Part shown: in pieces, positions 15,001 to 29,873 of the stretch
Layout of the letters: every line of letters starts with the position of its first letter
Numbering within the stretch: the stretch's first letter is position 1
Assembly: GCA_964016885.1 (NCBI GenBank)
Contig: OZ024740.1
Location: 13,950,001-14,014,000 of the forward strand
Length of the DNA: 64,000 bases
Source of the DNA: Eledone cirrhosa
Taxonomy: Eukaryota
Direction of reading: 5' to 3'
Translations under genes and position numbers: made by a program
Notes under the pieces: generated by a model
Databases searched by the model: none
Told to the model about the DNA's origin: nothing
Seen by the model: only the letters and a program-made list of their open reading frames with translations

Positions 15001-18000
15001 TATTACTGGTATACAGCCGGAGTAAGGTGTTTTAAAACCGTGTATTACAGGTATATAGCCAGAGTAAGGCGTTTTAAAATTGTATATCACTGGTATACAG
15101 CCGGAGTAAGGTGTTTTAAAACTGTATCACTGGTATACATCAAAGATATTTTAAAACTGTATTACAGATATACAGCCGGAGTAAGATGTTTTAAAACTGT
15201 GTATTACTGTTATACAGCTAAAGATGTTTTAAAATCGTGTATCACTGGTATACTGCCGGAGTAAGGTGTTTTAAAACTGTGTATTACTGGTATACAGCAA
15301 CAGATGTTTTAAAACCGTGTATCACTGGTATACAGCCGGAGTAAGGTGTTTTAAAACTGTGTATCACTGCTATACAGCCAGAGTACGGTGTTTTAAAACT
15401 GTGTATTACAGGTATACAACCAGAGTACGGTGTTTTAAAACAGTGTATCACTGGTATACAGCCTGAGTAAGGTGTTTTAAAACTGTGTATTACTGGTATA
15501 CAGCCGGAGTAAGGTGTTTTAAAACCGTGTATTACTGGTATACAGCCGGAGTAAGGTGTTTTAAAACCGTGTATCACTGGTATACAGCCAAAGATGTTTT
15601 AAAACCGTGTATCACTGGTATACAGCCGGAGTAAGGTGTTTTAAAACTGTGTATTACTGGTATACAGCCGGAGTAAGGTGTTTTAAAACCGTGTATTACA
15701 GGTATATAGCCAGAGTAAGGCGTTTTAAAATTGTATATCACTGGTATACAGCAGGAGTAAGGTGTTTTAAAACTGTATCATTGGTATACATCAAAGATAT
15801 TTTAAAACTGTATTACAGGTATACAGCCGGAGTAAGATGTTTTAAAACTGTGTATTACTGTTATACAGCTAAAGATGTTTTAAAACCGTGTATCACTGGT
15901 ATACTGCCGGAGTAAGGTGTTTTAAAACTGTGTATTACTGGTATACAGCAAAAGATGTTTTAAAACCGTGTATCACTGGTATACAGCCGGAGTAAGGTGT
16001 TTTAAAACTGTGTATCACTGGTATACAGCCAGAGTACGGTGTTTTAAAACAGTGTATTACAGGTATACAGCCAGAGTACGGTGTTTTAAAACAGTGTATC
16101 ACTGGTATACAGCCGGAGTAAGGTGTTTTAAAACTGTGTATTACTGGTATACAGCCGGAGTAAGGTGTTTTAAAACCGTGTATTACTGGTATACAGCCGG
16201 AGTAAGGTGTTTTAAAACCGTGTATCACTGGTATACAGCCAAAGATGTTTTAAAACCGTGTATCACTGGTATACAGCCGGAGTAAGGTGTTTTAAAACTG
16301 TGTATTACTGGTATACAGCCGAGTAAGGTGTTTTAAAACCGTGTATTACTGGTATACAGCCGGAGTAAAGTGTTTTAAAACCGTGTATTACTGGTATACA
16401 GCCAGAGTAAGGTGTTTTAAAACTGTGTATTGCAGGTATACAGCCGGAGTAAGGTGTTTTAAAACTGTGTATCACTGGTATACAGCCGGAGTTAGGTGTT
16501 TTAAAACCGTGTATCACTGGTATACAGCCAAAGATATTTTAAAACTGTGTATTACTGGTATACAGCCGGAGTAATGTGTTTTTAAACTGTGTATCACTGG
16601 TATACAGCCAGAGTAAGGTGTTTTAAAACCGTGTATCACTGGTATACAGCCAGAGTACGGTGTTTTAGAACTGTGTATCACTGGTATACAGCCAGAGTAA
16701 GGTGTTTTAAAACCGTGTATCACTGGTATACAGCCGGAGTAAGGTGTTTTAAAACTGTGAATTACTGGTATACAGCCTGAGTAAGGTGTTTTAATACAGC
16801 CAGAGTAAGGCGTTTTAAATTGTATATTACTGGTATACAGCCGGAGTAAGGCGTTTTAAAACTGAATCACTGGTATACAGCCAAAGATATTTTAAAACCG
16901 GGTTTCACTGGTATACAGCCAGAGTAAGGTGTTTTAAAACTGTATCACTGGTATACAGCCAAAGATATTTTAAAACTGTGTATTACAGGTATACAGCCGG
17001 AGTAAGTTGTTTTAAAACTGTGTATTACTGTTATACAGCTAAAGATGTTTTAAAACCGTGTATCACTGGTACACAGCCGGATAAGGTGTTTTAAAACTGT
17101 GTATTACTGGTATACAGCTAAAGATGTTTTAAAACCGTGTATCACTGGTATACAACCGGAGTAAGGTGTTTTAAAACTGTGTATCACTGGTATACAGCCA
17201 GAGTACGGTGTTTTAAAACTGTGTATTACTGGTATACAGCCAGAGTACGGTGTTTTAAAACAGTGTATCACTGGTATACAGCCGGAGTAAGGTGTTTTAA
17301 AACTGTGTATTACTGGTATACAGCCGGAGTAAGGTGTTTTAAAACCGTGTATTACTGGTATACAGCCGGAGTAAGGTGTTTTAAAACCGTGTATCACTGG
17401 TATACAGCCAAATATGTTTTAAAAGCGTGTATCACTGGTATACAGCCGGAGTAAGGTGTTTTAAAACTGTGTATCACTGGTATACAGCCAGAGCACGGTG
17501 TTTTAAAACTGTGTATCACTTGTATACAGCCAGAGTACGGTGTTTTAAAACTGTGTATTACTGGTATACAGCCAGAGTACGGTGTTTTAAAACAGTGTAT
17601 CACTGGTATACAGCCGGAGTAAGGTGTTTTAAAACTGTGTATTACTGGTATACAGCCGGAGTAAGGTGTTTTAAAACCGTGTATTACTGGTATACAGCCG
17701 GAGTAAGGTGTTTTAAAACCGTGTATCACTGGTATACAGCCAGAGTAAGGTGTTTTAAAACCGTGTATCACAGGTATACAGCCGGAGTAATGTGTTTTAA
17801 AACCGTGTATCGCTGGTATACAGCCAAAGATATTTTAAAACTGTGTATTACTGGTATACAGCCAGAGTAATGTGTTTTAAAACTGTGTATCACTGGTATA
17901 CAGCTAAAGATGTTTTAAAACCGTGTATCACTGGTATACAGCCAGAGTACGGTGTTTTAGAACTGTGTATCACTGGTATACAGCCGGAGTAAGGTGTTTT

Positions 18001-21000
18001 AAAACTGTGTATCACTGGTATACCGCCGGAGTAAGGTGTTTTAAAACTGTGTATTACTGGTATACAGCCGGAGTAAGGTGTTTTAAAAATGTGTATCACT
18101 GGTATACAGCCAGAGTAAGGTGTTTTAAAACTGTGTATTACAGGTATACAGCCGGAGTAAAGTGTTTTAAAACTGTGTATCACTGGTATACAGCCGGAGT
18201 AAGGTGTTTTAAAACCGTGTATCACTGGTATACAGCCGGGGTAAGGTGTTTTAAAACTGTGTATTACTGGTATACAGCCGGAGTACGGTGTTTTAAAACT
18301 GTGTATTACTGGTATACAGCCGGAGTAAGGTGTTTTAAAACTGTGTATTACTGGTATACAGCCGGAGTAAAGTGTTTTAAAACTGTGTATTACTGGTATA
18401 CAGCCGGAGTAAGGTGTTTTAAAACTGTGTATTACAGGTATACAGCCGGAGTAAGGTGTTTTAAAACTGTGTATTACTGGTATACAGCCAGAGTAAGGTG
18501 TTTTAAAACTGTGTATCACTGGTATACAGCCGGAGTAAGGTGTTTTAAAACTGTGTATCACTGGTATACAGCCGGAGTAAGGTGTTTTAAAACTGTGTAT
18601 TACAGGTATACAGCCGGAGTAAGGTGTTTTAAAACTGTGTATCACTGGTATACAGCCAGAGTAAGGTGTTTTAAAACTGTGTATCACTGGTATACAGCCG
18701 GAGTAAGGTGTTTTAAAACTGTGTATCACTGGTATACAGCCGGAGTAAGGTGTTTTAAAACTGTGTATTACAGGTATACAGCCAGAGTACAGTGTTTTAA
18801 AACCGTGTATCACTGGTATACAGCCGGAGTTAGGTGTTTTAAAACTGTGCATTACAGGTATACAGCCGGAGTAAGGTGTTTTAAAACCGTGTATCACTGG
18901 TATACAGCCAGAGTACGGTGTTTTAAAACTGTGTATCACTGGTATACAGCCGGTGTAAGGTGTTTTAAAAGCGTGTATCACTGGTATACAGCCGGAGTAA
19001 GGTGTTTTAAAACCGTGTATTACAGGTATATAGCCAGAGTAAGGCGTTTTAAAATTGTATATCACTGGTATACAGCAGGAGTAAGGTGTTTTAAAACTGT
19101 ATCACTGGTATACAGCCAAAGATATTTTAAAACCGTGTATCACTGGTATACAGCCAGAGTAAGGTGTTTTAAAACTGTATCACTGGTATACAGCCAAAGA
19201 TATTTTAAAACTGTGTATTACAGGTATACAGCCGGAGTAAGATGTTTTAAAACTGTGTATTACTGTTATACAGCTAAAGATGTTTTAAAACCGTGTATCA
19301 CTGGTATACAGCCGGAGTAAGGCGTTTTAAAACTGTGTATTACTGGTATACAGCTAAATATGTTTTAAAACCGTGTATCACTGCTATACAGCCGGAGTAA
19401 GGTGTTTTAAAACTGTGTATCACTGGTATACAGCCAGAGTACGGTGTTTTAAAACTGTGTATTACTGGTATACAGCCGGAGTAAGGTGTTTTAAAACCGT
19501 GTATTAATGGTATACAGCCGGAGTAAGGTGTTTTAAAACCGTGTAACACTGGTATACAGCCAAATATGTTTTAAAAGCGTGTATCACTGGTATACAGCCG
19601 GAGTAAGGTGTTTTAAAACTGTGTATCACTGGTATACAGCCAGAGTACGGTGTTTTAAAACTGTGTATTACTGGTATACAGCCAGAGTACGGTGTTTTAA
19701 AACAGTGTATCACTGGAATACAGCCGGAGTAAGGTGTTTTAAAACTGTGTATTACTGGTATACAGCCGGAGTAAGGTGTTTTAAAACCGTGTATTACTGG
19801 TATACAGCCGGAGTAAGGTGTTTTAAAACCGTGTATCACTGGTATACAGCCAAATATGTTTTAAAAGCGTGTATCACTGGTATACAGCCGGAGTAAGGTG
19901 TTTTAAAACTGTGTATTACTGGTATACAGCCGAGTACGGTGTTTTAAAACCGTGTATCACTGGTATACAGCCAGAGTACGGTGTTTTAAAACTGTGTATC
20001 ACTGGTATACAGCCGGAGTTAGGTGTTTTAAAACTGTGCATTACAGGTATACAGCCGGAGTAAGGTGTTTTAAAACCGTGTATCACTGGTATACAGCCAG
20101 AGTACGGTGTTTTAAAACTGTGTATCACTGGTTTACAGCCGGAGTAAGGTGTTTTAAAACCGTGTATCTCTGGTATACAGCCGGAGTAAGGTGATTTAAA
20201 ACTGTGAATTACTGGTATACAGCCAGAGTAAGGCGTTTTAAATTGTATATTACTGGTATACAGCCGGAGTAAGGTGTTTTAAAACTGTATCACTGGTATA
20301 CAGCCAAAGATATTTTAAAACCGGGTTTCACTGGTATACAGCCAGAGTAAGGTGTTTTAAAACTGTATCACTGGTATACAGCCAAAGATATTTTAAAACT
20401 GTGTATTACAGGTATACAGCCGGAGTAAGTTGTTTTAAAACTGTGTATTACTGTTATACAGCTAAAGATGTTTTAAAACCGTGTATCACTGGTATACAGC
20501 CGGATAAGGTGTTTTAAACTGTGTATTACTGGTATACAGCTAAAGATGTTTTAAAACCGTGTATCACTGGTATACAACCGGAGTAAGGTGTTTTAAAACT
20601 GTGTATCACTGGTATACAGCCAGAGTACGGTGTTTTAAAACTGTGTATTACTGGTATACAGCCGGAGTAAGGTGTTTTAAAACCGTGTATTAATGGTATA
20701 CAGCCGGAGTAAGGTGTTTTAAAACCGTGTAACACTGGTATACAGCCAAATATGTTTTAAAAGCGTGTATCACTGGTATACAGCCGGAGTAAGGTGTTTT
20801 AAAACTGTGTATCACTGGTATACAGCCAGAGTACGGTGTTTTAAAACTGTGTATTACTGGTATACAGCCAGAGTACGGTGTTTTAAAACAGTGTATCACT
20901 GGAATACAGCCGGAGTAAGGTGTTTTAAAACTGTGTATTACTGGTATACAGCTGGAGTAGGTGTTTTAAAACCGTGTATTACTGGTATACAGCCGGAGTA

Positions 21001-24000
21001 AGGTGTTTTAAAACCGTGTATCACTGGTATACAGCCAAATATGTTTTAAAAGCGTGTATCACTGGTATACAGCCGGAGTAAGGTGTTTTAAAACTGTGTA
21101 TTACTGGTATACAGCCGAGTAAGGTGTTTTAAAACCGTGTATTACTGGTATACAGCCGGAGTAAAGTGTTTTAAAACCGTGTATTACTGGTATACAGCCA
21201 GAGTAAGGTGTTTTAAAACCGTGTATCACAGGTATACAGCCGGAGTAATGTGTTTTAAAACCGTGTATCGCTGGTATACAGCCAAAGATATTTTAAAACT
21301 GTGTATTACTGGTATACAGCCGGAATAATGTGTTTTAAAACTGTGTATCACTGGTATACAGCTAAAGATGTTTTAAAACCGTGTATCACAGGTATACAGC
21401 CAGAGTACGGTGTTTTAGAAGTGTGTATCACTGGTATACAGCCAGAGTAAGATGTTTTAAAACCGTGTATCACTGGTATACAGCCAGAGTACGGTGTTTT
21501 AGAACTGTGTATCACTCGTATACAGCCGGAGTAAGGTGTTTTAAAACCGTGTATCACTGGTATACAGCCAGAGTACGGTGTTTTAGAACTGTGTATCACT
21601 GGTATACAGCCGGAGTAAGATGTTTTAAAACTGTGTATCACTGGTATACAGCCAGAGTACGGTGTTTTAAAACTGTGTATAACTGGTATACAGCCAGAGT
21701 ACGGTGTTTTAGAACTGTGTATCACTGGTATACAGCCGGAGTAAGGTGTTTTAGAACTGTGTATCACTGGTATACAGCCGGAGTAAGGTGTTTTAAAACT
21801 GTGTATCACTGGTATACAGCCAGAGTACGGTGTTTTAGAACTGTGTATCACTGGTATACAGCCGGAGTAAGGTGTTTTAAAACCGTGTATCACTGGTATA
21901 CAGCCAGAGTACGGTGTTTTAGAACTGTGTATCACTGGTATACAGCCGGAGTAAGGTGTTTTAAAACTGTGTATGACTGGTATACAGCCAGAGTACGGTG
22001 TTTTAAAACTGTGTATAACTGGTATAAAGCCGGAGTAAGGTGTTTTAAAACTGTGTATCACTGGTATACAGCCGGAGTAAGGTTTTTTTAAAACTGTGTA
22101 TAACTGGTATACAGCCAGAGTACGGTGTTTTAAAACTGTGTATCACTGGTATACAGCCTGAGTAAGGTGTTTTAAAACTGTGTATCACTGGTATACAGCC
22201 GGAGTAAGGTGTTTTAAAACTGTGTATTACTGGTATACAGCCGGAGTAAGGTGTTTTAGAACTGTGTATCACTGGTATACAGCCAAAGATATTTTAAAAC
22301 CGTGTATCACTGGTATACAGCGAGAGTAAGGTGTTTGAAAACTGTGTATTACTGGTATAAAGCCGGAGTAAGATGTTTTAAAACCGTGTATCACTGGTAT
22401 ACAGCCGGAGTAAGGTGTTTTAAAACTGTGTATTACTGGTATACAGCCGGTGTAAGGTGTTTTAAAACTGTGTATTACAGGTATACAGCCGGAGTAAGGT
22501 GTTTTAAAACTGTGTATTACTGGTATACAGCCGGAGTAAGGTGTTTTGAAACTGTGTATTACAGGTATACAGCCGGAGTAAGGTGTTTTAAAACTGTGTA
22601 TTACAGGTATACAGCCGGAGTAAGGTGTTTTAAAACTGTGTATTACTGGTATTCAGCCGGAGTAAGGTGTTTTAAAACTGTGTATTACTGGTATACAGCC
22701 GGAGTAAGGTGTTTTAAAACAGTGTATCACTGGTATACAGCCGGAGTAAGGTGTTTTAAAACTGTGTATCACTGGTATACAGCCAGAGTACGGTGTTTTA
22801 AAACTGTGTATCACTGGTATACAGCCGGAGTAAGGTGTTTTAAAACCGTGTATCACTGGTATACAGCCGGAGTAAGGTGTTTTAAAACTGTGTATTACTG
22901 GTATACAGCCGGAGTAAGGTGTTTTAAAACCGTGTATTACTGGTATACAGCCGGAGTAAGGTGTTTTAAAACCGTGTATTACAGGTATATAGCCAGAGTA
23001 AGGCGTTTTAAAATTGTATATCACTGGTATACAGCCGGAGTAAGGTGTTTTAAAACTGTATCACTGGTATACATCAAAGATATTTTAAAACTGTATTACA
23101 GATATACAGCCGGAGTAAGATGTTTTAAAACTGTGTATTACTGTTATACAGCTAAAGATGTTTTAAAATCGTGTATCACTGGTATACTGCCGGAGTAAGG
23201 TGTTTTAAAACTGTGTATTACTGGTATACAGCAACAGATGTTTTAAAACCGTGTATCACTGGTATACAGCCGGAGTAAGGTGTTTTAAAACTGTGTATCA
23301 CTGCTATACAGCCAGAGTACGGTGTTTTAAAACTGTGTATTACAGGTATACAACCAGAGTACGGTGTTTTAAAACAGTGTATCACTGGTATACAGCCTGA
23401 GTAAGGTGTTTTAAAACTGTGTATTACTGGTATACAGCCGGAGTAAGGTGTTTTAAAACCGTGTATTACTGGTATACAGCCGGAGTAAGGTGTTTTAAAA
23501 CCGTGTATCACTGGTATACAGCCAAAGATGTTTTAAAACCGTGTATCACTGGTATACAGCCGGAGTAAGGTGTTTTAAAACTGTGTATTACTGGTATACA
23601 GCCGGAGTAAGGTGTTTTAAAACCGTGTATTACAGGTATATAGCCAGAGTAAGGCGTTTTAAAATTGTATATCACTGGTATACAGCAGGAGTAAGGTGTT
23701 TTAAAACTGTATCATTGGTATACATCAAAGATATTTTAAAACTGTATTACAGGTATACAGCCGGAGTAAGATGTTTTAAAACTGTGTATTACTGTTATAC
23801 AGCTAAAGATGTTTTAAAACCGTGTATCACTGGTATACTGCCGGAGTAAGGTGTTTTAAAACTGTGTATTACTGGTATACAGCAAAAGATGTTTTAAAAC
23901 CGTGTATCACTGGTATACAGCCGGAGTAAGGTGTTTTAAAACTGTGTATCACTGGTATACAGCCAGAGTACGGTGTTTTAAAACAGTGTATTACAGGTAT

Positions 24001-27000
24001 ACAGCCAGAGTACGGTGTTTTAAAACAGTGTATCACTGGTATACAGCCGGAGTAAGGTGTTTTAAAACTGTGTATTACTGGTATACAGCCGGAGTAAGGT
24101 GTTTTAAAACCGTGTATTACTGGTATACAGCCGGAGTAAGGTGTTTTAAAACCGTGTATCACTGGTATACAGCCAAAGATGTTTTAAAACCGTGTATCAC
24201 TGGTATACAGCCGGAGTAAGGTGTTTTAAAACTGTGTATTACTGGTATACAGCCGAGTAAGGTGTTTTAAAACCGTGTATTACTGGTATACAGCCGGAGT
24301 AAAGTGTTTTAAAACCGTGTATTACTGGTATACAGCCAGAGTAAGGTGTTTTAAAACTGTGTATTGCAGGTATACAGCCGGAGTAAGGTGTTTTAAAACT
24401 GTGTATCACTGGTATACAGCCGGAGTTAGGTGTTTTAAAACCGTGTATCACTGGTATACAGCCAAAGATATTTTAAAACTGTGTATTACTGGTATACAGC
24501 CGGAGTAATGTGTTTTTAAACTGTGTATCACTGGTATACAGCCAGAGTAAGGTGTTTTAAAACCGTGTATCACTGGTATACAGCCAGAGTACGGTGTTTT
24601 AGAACTGTGTATCACTGGTATACAGCCAGAGTAAGGTGTTTTAAAACCGTGTATCACTGGTATACAGCCGGAGTAAGGTGTTTTAAAACCGTGTATCACT
24701 GGTATACAGCCAGAGTACGGTGTTTTAAAACTGTGTATAACTGGTATACAGCCGGAGTAAGGTGTTTTAAAACTGTGTATCATTGGTATACAGCCGGAGT
24801 AAGGTGTTTTAAAACTGTGTATAACTGGTTTACAGCCGGAGTAAGGTGTTTTAGAACTCTGTATCACTGGTATACAGCCAGAGTACGGTGTTTTAAAACT
24901 GTGTATAACTGATATAAAGCCTGAGTAAGGTGTTTTAAAACTGTGTATCACTGGTATACAGCCGGAGTAAGGTGTTTTAAAACTGTATATAACTGGTATA
25001 CAGCCGGAGTAATGTGTTTTAAAACTGTGTATTACTGGTATACAGGCAGAGCAAGGTTTTTTTAAAACTGTGTATAACTGGTATACAGCCAGAGTACGGT
25101 GTTTTAAAACTGTGTATCACTGGTATACAGCCGGAGTAAGGTGTTTTAAAACTGTGTATCACTGGTATACAGCCGGAGTAAGGTGTTTTAAAACTGTGTA
25201 TTACTGGTATACAGCCGGAGTAAGGTCTTTTAGAACTGTGTATCACTGGTATACAGCCAGAGTAAGGTGTTTTAAAACTGTGTATTACTGGTATACAGCC
25301 GGAGTAAGATGTTTTAAAACCGTGTATCACTGGTATACAGCCGGAGTAAGGTGTTTTAAAACTGTGTATTACTGGTATACAGCCGGAGTAAGGTGTTTTA
25401 AAACTGTGTACTACTGGTATACAGCCGGAGTAAGGTGTTTTAAAACTGTGTATTATAGGTATACAGCCGGAGTAAGGTGTTTTAAAACTGTGTATTACAG
25501 GTATACAGCCGGAGTAAGGTGTTTTAAAACTGTGTATTACTGGTATACAGCCGGAGTAAGGTGTTTTAAAACTGTGTATTACAGGTATACAGCCGGAGTA
25601 AGGTGTTTTAAAACTGTGTATTACAGGTATACAGCCGGAGTAAGGTGTTTTAAAACTGTGTATTACTGGTATTCAGCCGGAGTAAGGTGTTTTAAAACTG
25701 TGTATTACTGGTATACAGCCGGAGTAAGGTGTTTTAAAACAGTGTATCACTGGTATACAGCTGGAGTAAGGTGTTTTAAAACTGTGTATCACTGGTATAC
25801 AGCCAGAGTACGGTGTTTTAAAACTGTGTATCACTGGTATACAGCCGGTGTAAGGTGTTTTAAAAGCGTGTATCACTGGTATACAGCCGGAGTAAGGTGT
25901 TTTAAAACTGTGTATTACTGGTATACAGCCGGAGTAAGGTGTTTTAAAACCGTGTATTACAGGTATATAGCCAGAGTAAGGCGTTTTAAAATTGTATATC
26001 ACTGGTATACAGCAGGAGTAAGGTGTTTTAAAACTGTATCACTGGTATACAGCCAAAGATATTTTAAAACCGTGTATTACTGGTATACAGCCAGAGTAAG
26101 GTGTTTTAAAACTGTATCACTGGTATACAGCCAAAGATATTTTAAAACTGTGTATTACAGGTATACAGCCGGAGTAAGATGTTTTAAAACTGTGTATTAC
26201 TGTTATACAGCTAAAGATGTTTTAAAACCGTGTATCACTGGTATACAGCCGGAGTAAGGCGTTTTAAAACTGTGTATTACTGGTATACAGCTAAAGATGT
26301 TTTAAAACCGTGTATCACTGCTATACAGCCGGAGTAAGGTGTTTTAAAACTGTGTATCACTGGTATACAGCCAGAGTACGGTGTTTTAAAACTGTGTATT
26401 ACTGGTATACAGCCAGAGTACGGTGTTTTAAAACAGTGTATCACTGGTATACAGCCGGAGTAAGGTGTTTTAAAACTGTGTATTGCTGGTATACAGCCGG
26501 AGTAAGGTGTTTTAAAACCGTGTATTACTGGTATACAGCCGGAGTAAGGTGTTTTAAAACCGTGTATCACTGGTATACAGCCAAAGATGTTTTAAAACCG
26601 TGTATCACTGGTATACAGCCGGAGTAAGGTGTTTTAAAACTGTGTATTACTGGTATACAGCCGAGTAAGGTGTTTTAAAACCGTGTATTACTGGTATACA
26701 GCCGGAGTAAAGTTGTTTTAAAACCGTGTATTACTGGTATACAGCCAGAGTAAGGTGTTTTAAAACCGTGTATCACAGGTATACAGCCGGAGTAATGTGT
26801 TTTAAAACCGTGTATCACTGGTAAACAGCCAAAGATATTTTAAAACTGTGTATTACTGGTATACAGACGGAGTAATGTGTTTTTAAACTGTGTATCACTG
26901 GTATACAGCCAAAGATGTTTTAAAACCGTGTATCACTGGTATACAGCCAGAGTACGGTGTTTTAGAACTGTGTATCACTGGTATACAGCCAGAGTAAGGT

Positions 27001-29838
27001 GTTTTAAAACCGTGTATCACTGGTATACAGCCAGAGTACGGTGTTTTAGAACTGTGTTTCACTGGTATACAGCCGGAGTAAGATGTTTTAAAACTGTGTA
27101 TCACTGGTATACAGCCAGAGTACGGTGTTTTAAAACTGTGTATCACTGGTATACAGCCGGAGTAAGGTGTTTTAAAACTGTGTATCACTGGTATACAGCC
27201 AGAGTACGGTGTTTTAGAACTGTGTATCACTGGTATACAGCCGGAGTAAGGTGTTTTAAAACCGTGTATCACTGGTATACAGCCAGAGTACGGTGTTTTA
27301 AAACTGTGTATAACTGGTATACAGCCGGAGTAAGGTGTTTTAAAACTGTGTATTACTGGTATACAGCCGGAGTAAGGTGTTTTAAAACTGTGTATTATAG
27401 GTATACAGCCGGAGTAAGGTGTTTTAAAACTGTGTATTACAGGTATACAGCCGGAGTAAGGTGTTTTAAAACTGTGTATTTCTGGTATACAGCCGGAGTA
27501 AGGTGTTTTAAAACTGTGAATTACAGGTATACAGCCGGAGTAAGGTGTTTTAAAACTGTGTATTACAGGTATACAGCCGGAGTAAGGTGTTTTAAAACTG
27601 TGTATTACTGGTATTCAGCCGGAGTAAGGTGTTTTAAAACTGTGTATTACTGGTATACAGCCGGAGTAAGGTGTTTTAAAACAGTGTATCACTGGTATAC
27701 AGCTGGAGTAAGGTGTTTTAAAACTGTGTATCACTGGTATACAGCCAGAGTACGGTGTTTTAAAACTGTGTATCACTGGTATACAGCCGGTGTAAGGTGT
27801 TTTAAAAGCGTGTATCACTGGTATACAGCCGGAGTAAGGTGTTTTAAAACCGTGTATTACAGGTATATAGCCAGAGTAAGGCGTTTTAAAATTGTATATC
27901 ACTGGTATACAGCAGGAGTAAGGTGTTTTAAAACTGTATCACTGGTATACAGCCAAAGATATTTTAAAACCGTGTATCACTGGTATACAGCCAGAGTAAG
28001 GTGTTTTAAAACTGTATCACTGGTATACAGCCAAAGATATTTTAAAACTGTGTATTACAGGTATACAGCCGGAGTAAGATGTTTTAAAACTGTGTATTAC
28101 TGTTATACAGCTAAAGATGTTTTAAAACCGTGTATCACTGGTATACAGCCGGAGTAAGGCGTTTTAAAACTGTGTATTACTGGTATACAGCTAAATATGT
28201 TTTAAAACCGTGTATCACTGCTATACAGCCGGAGTAAGGTGTTTTAAAACTGTGTATCACTGGTATACAGCCAGAGTACGGTGTTTTAGAACTGTGTATT
28301 ACTGGTATACAGCCAGAGTACGGTGTTTTAAAACAGTGTATCACTGGTATACAGCCGGAGTAAGGTGTTTTAAAACTGTGTATTACTGGTATACAGCCGG
28401 AGTAAGGTGTTTTAAAACCGTGTATTACTGGTATACAGCCGGAGTAAGGTGTTTTAAAACCGTGTATCACTGGTATACAGCCAAAGATGTTTTAAAACCG
28501 TGTATCACTGGTATACAGCCGGAGTAAGGTGTTTTAAAACTGTGTATTACTGGTATACAGCCGAGTAAGGTGTTTTAAAACCGTGTATTACTGGTATACA
28601 GCCGGAGTAAAGTGTTTTAAAACCGTGTATTACTGGTATACAGCCAGAGTAAGGTGTTTTAAAACCGTGTATCACAGGTATACAGCCGGAGTAATGTGTT
28701 TTAAAACCGTGTATCACTGGTAAACAGCCAAAGATATTTTAAAACTGTGTATTACTGGTATACAGACGGAGTAATGTGTTTTTAAACTGTGTATCACTGG
28801 TATACAGCCAAAGATGTTTTAAAACCGTGTATCACTGGTATACAGCCAGAGTACGGTGTTTTAGAACTGTGTATCACTGGTATACAGCCAGAGTAAGGTG
28901 TTTTAAAACCGTGTATCACTGGTATACAGCCAGAGTACGGTGTTTTAGAACTGTATTTCACTGGTATACAGCCGGAGTAAGATGTTTTAAAACTGTGTAT
29001 CACTGGTATACAGCCAGAGTACGGTGTTTTAAAACTGTGTATCACTGGTATACAGCCGGAGTAAGGTGTTTTAAAACTGTGTATCACTGGTATACAGCCA
29101 GAGTACGGTGTTTTAGAACTGTGTATCACTGGTATACAGCCGGAGTAAGGTGTTTTAAAACCGTGTATCACTGGTATACAGCCAGAGTACGGTGTTTTAA
29201 AATTGTGTATAACTGGTATACAGCCGGAGTAAGGTGTTTTAAAACTGTGTATCAGTGGTATACAGCCGGAGTAAGGTGTTTTAAAACTGTGTATAACTGG
29301 TATACAGCCGGAGTAAGGTGTTTTAGAACTCTGTATCACTGGTATACAGCCAGAGTAAGTTTTTTTAAACTGTGTATAACTGGTATACAGCCAGAGTACG
29401 GTGTTTTAAAACTGTGTATCACTGGTATACAGCCGGAGTAAGGTGTTTTAAAACTGTGTATTACTGGTATACAGCCAGAGTAAGATGTTTTAAAACTGTG
29501 TATCACTGGTATACAGCCGGAGTACGGTGTTTTAAAACTGTGTATTACTGGTATACAGCCGGAGTAAGGTGTTTTAAAACTATGTATTACTGGTATACAG
29601 CCGGAGTAAGGTATTTTAGAACTGTGTATCACTGGTATACAGCCAAAGATATTTTAAAACCGTGTATCACTGATATACAGTCAGAGTAAGGTGTTTTAAA
29701 ACTGTGTATTACTGGTATACAGCCGGAGTAAGGTGTTTTAAAACTGTGTATCACTGGTATACAGCCGGAGTAAGGTGTTTTAAAACTGTGTATCACTGGT
29801 ATACAGCCAAAGATGTATTAAAACTGTGTATCACTGGT
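1..29838. repeat. 42-bp tandem satellite, consensus GTTTTAAAACTGTGTATYACWGGTATACAGCCRGAGTAMGGT, about 710 monomers, with 38-, 40- and 41-bp deletion variants
   Basis: Uninterrupted head-to-tail monomers from position 1 to ...TCACTGGT at about 29838; 14-aa periodicity of all ORFs here; array is open at the left window edge. Confidence 0.99.
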
Positions 29839-29873
29839 TTAAATGATGTAAACGTTGTCTTTCAAAAAATTGT

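Noticed and set aside
1-29838. CRISPR array: GTTTTAGAACTGTGT variants resemble type II-A repeat starts (GTTTTAGAGCTGTG)
   Set aside because: No unique spacers; the whole 42-mer repeats; no cas genes; eukaryotic context.
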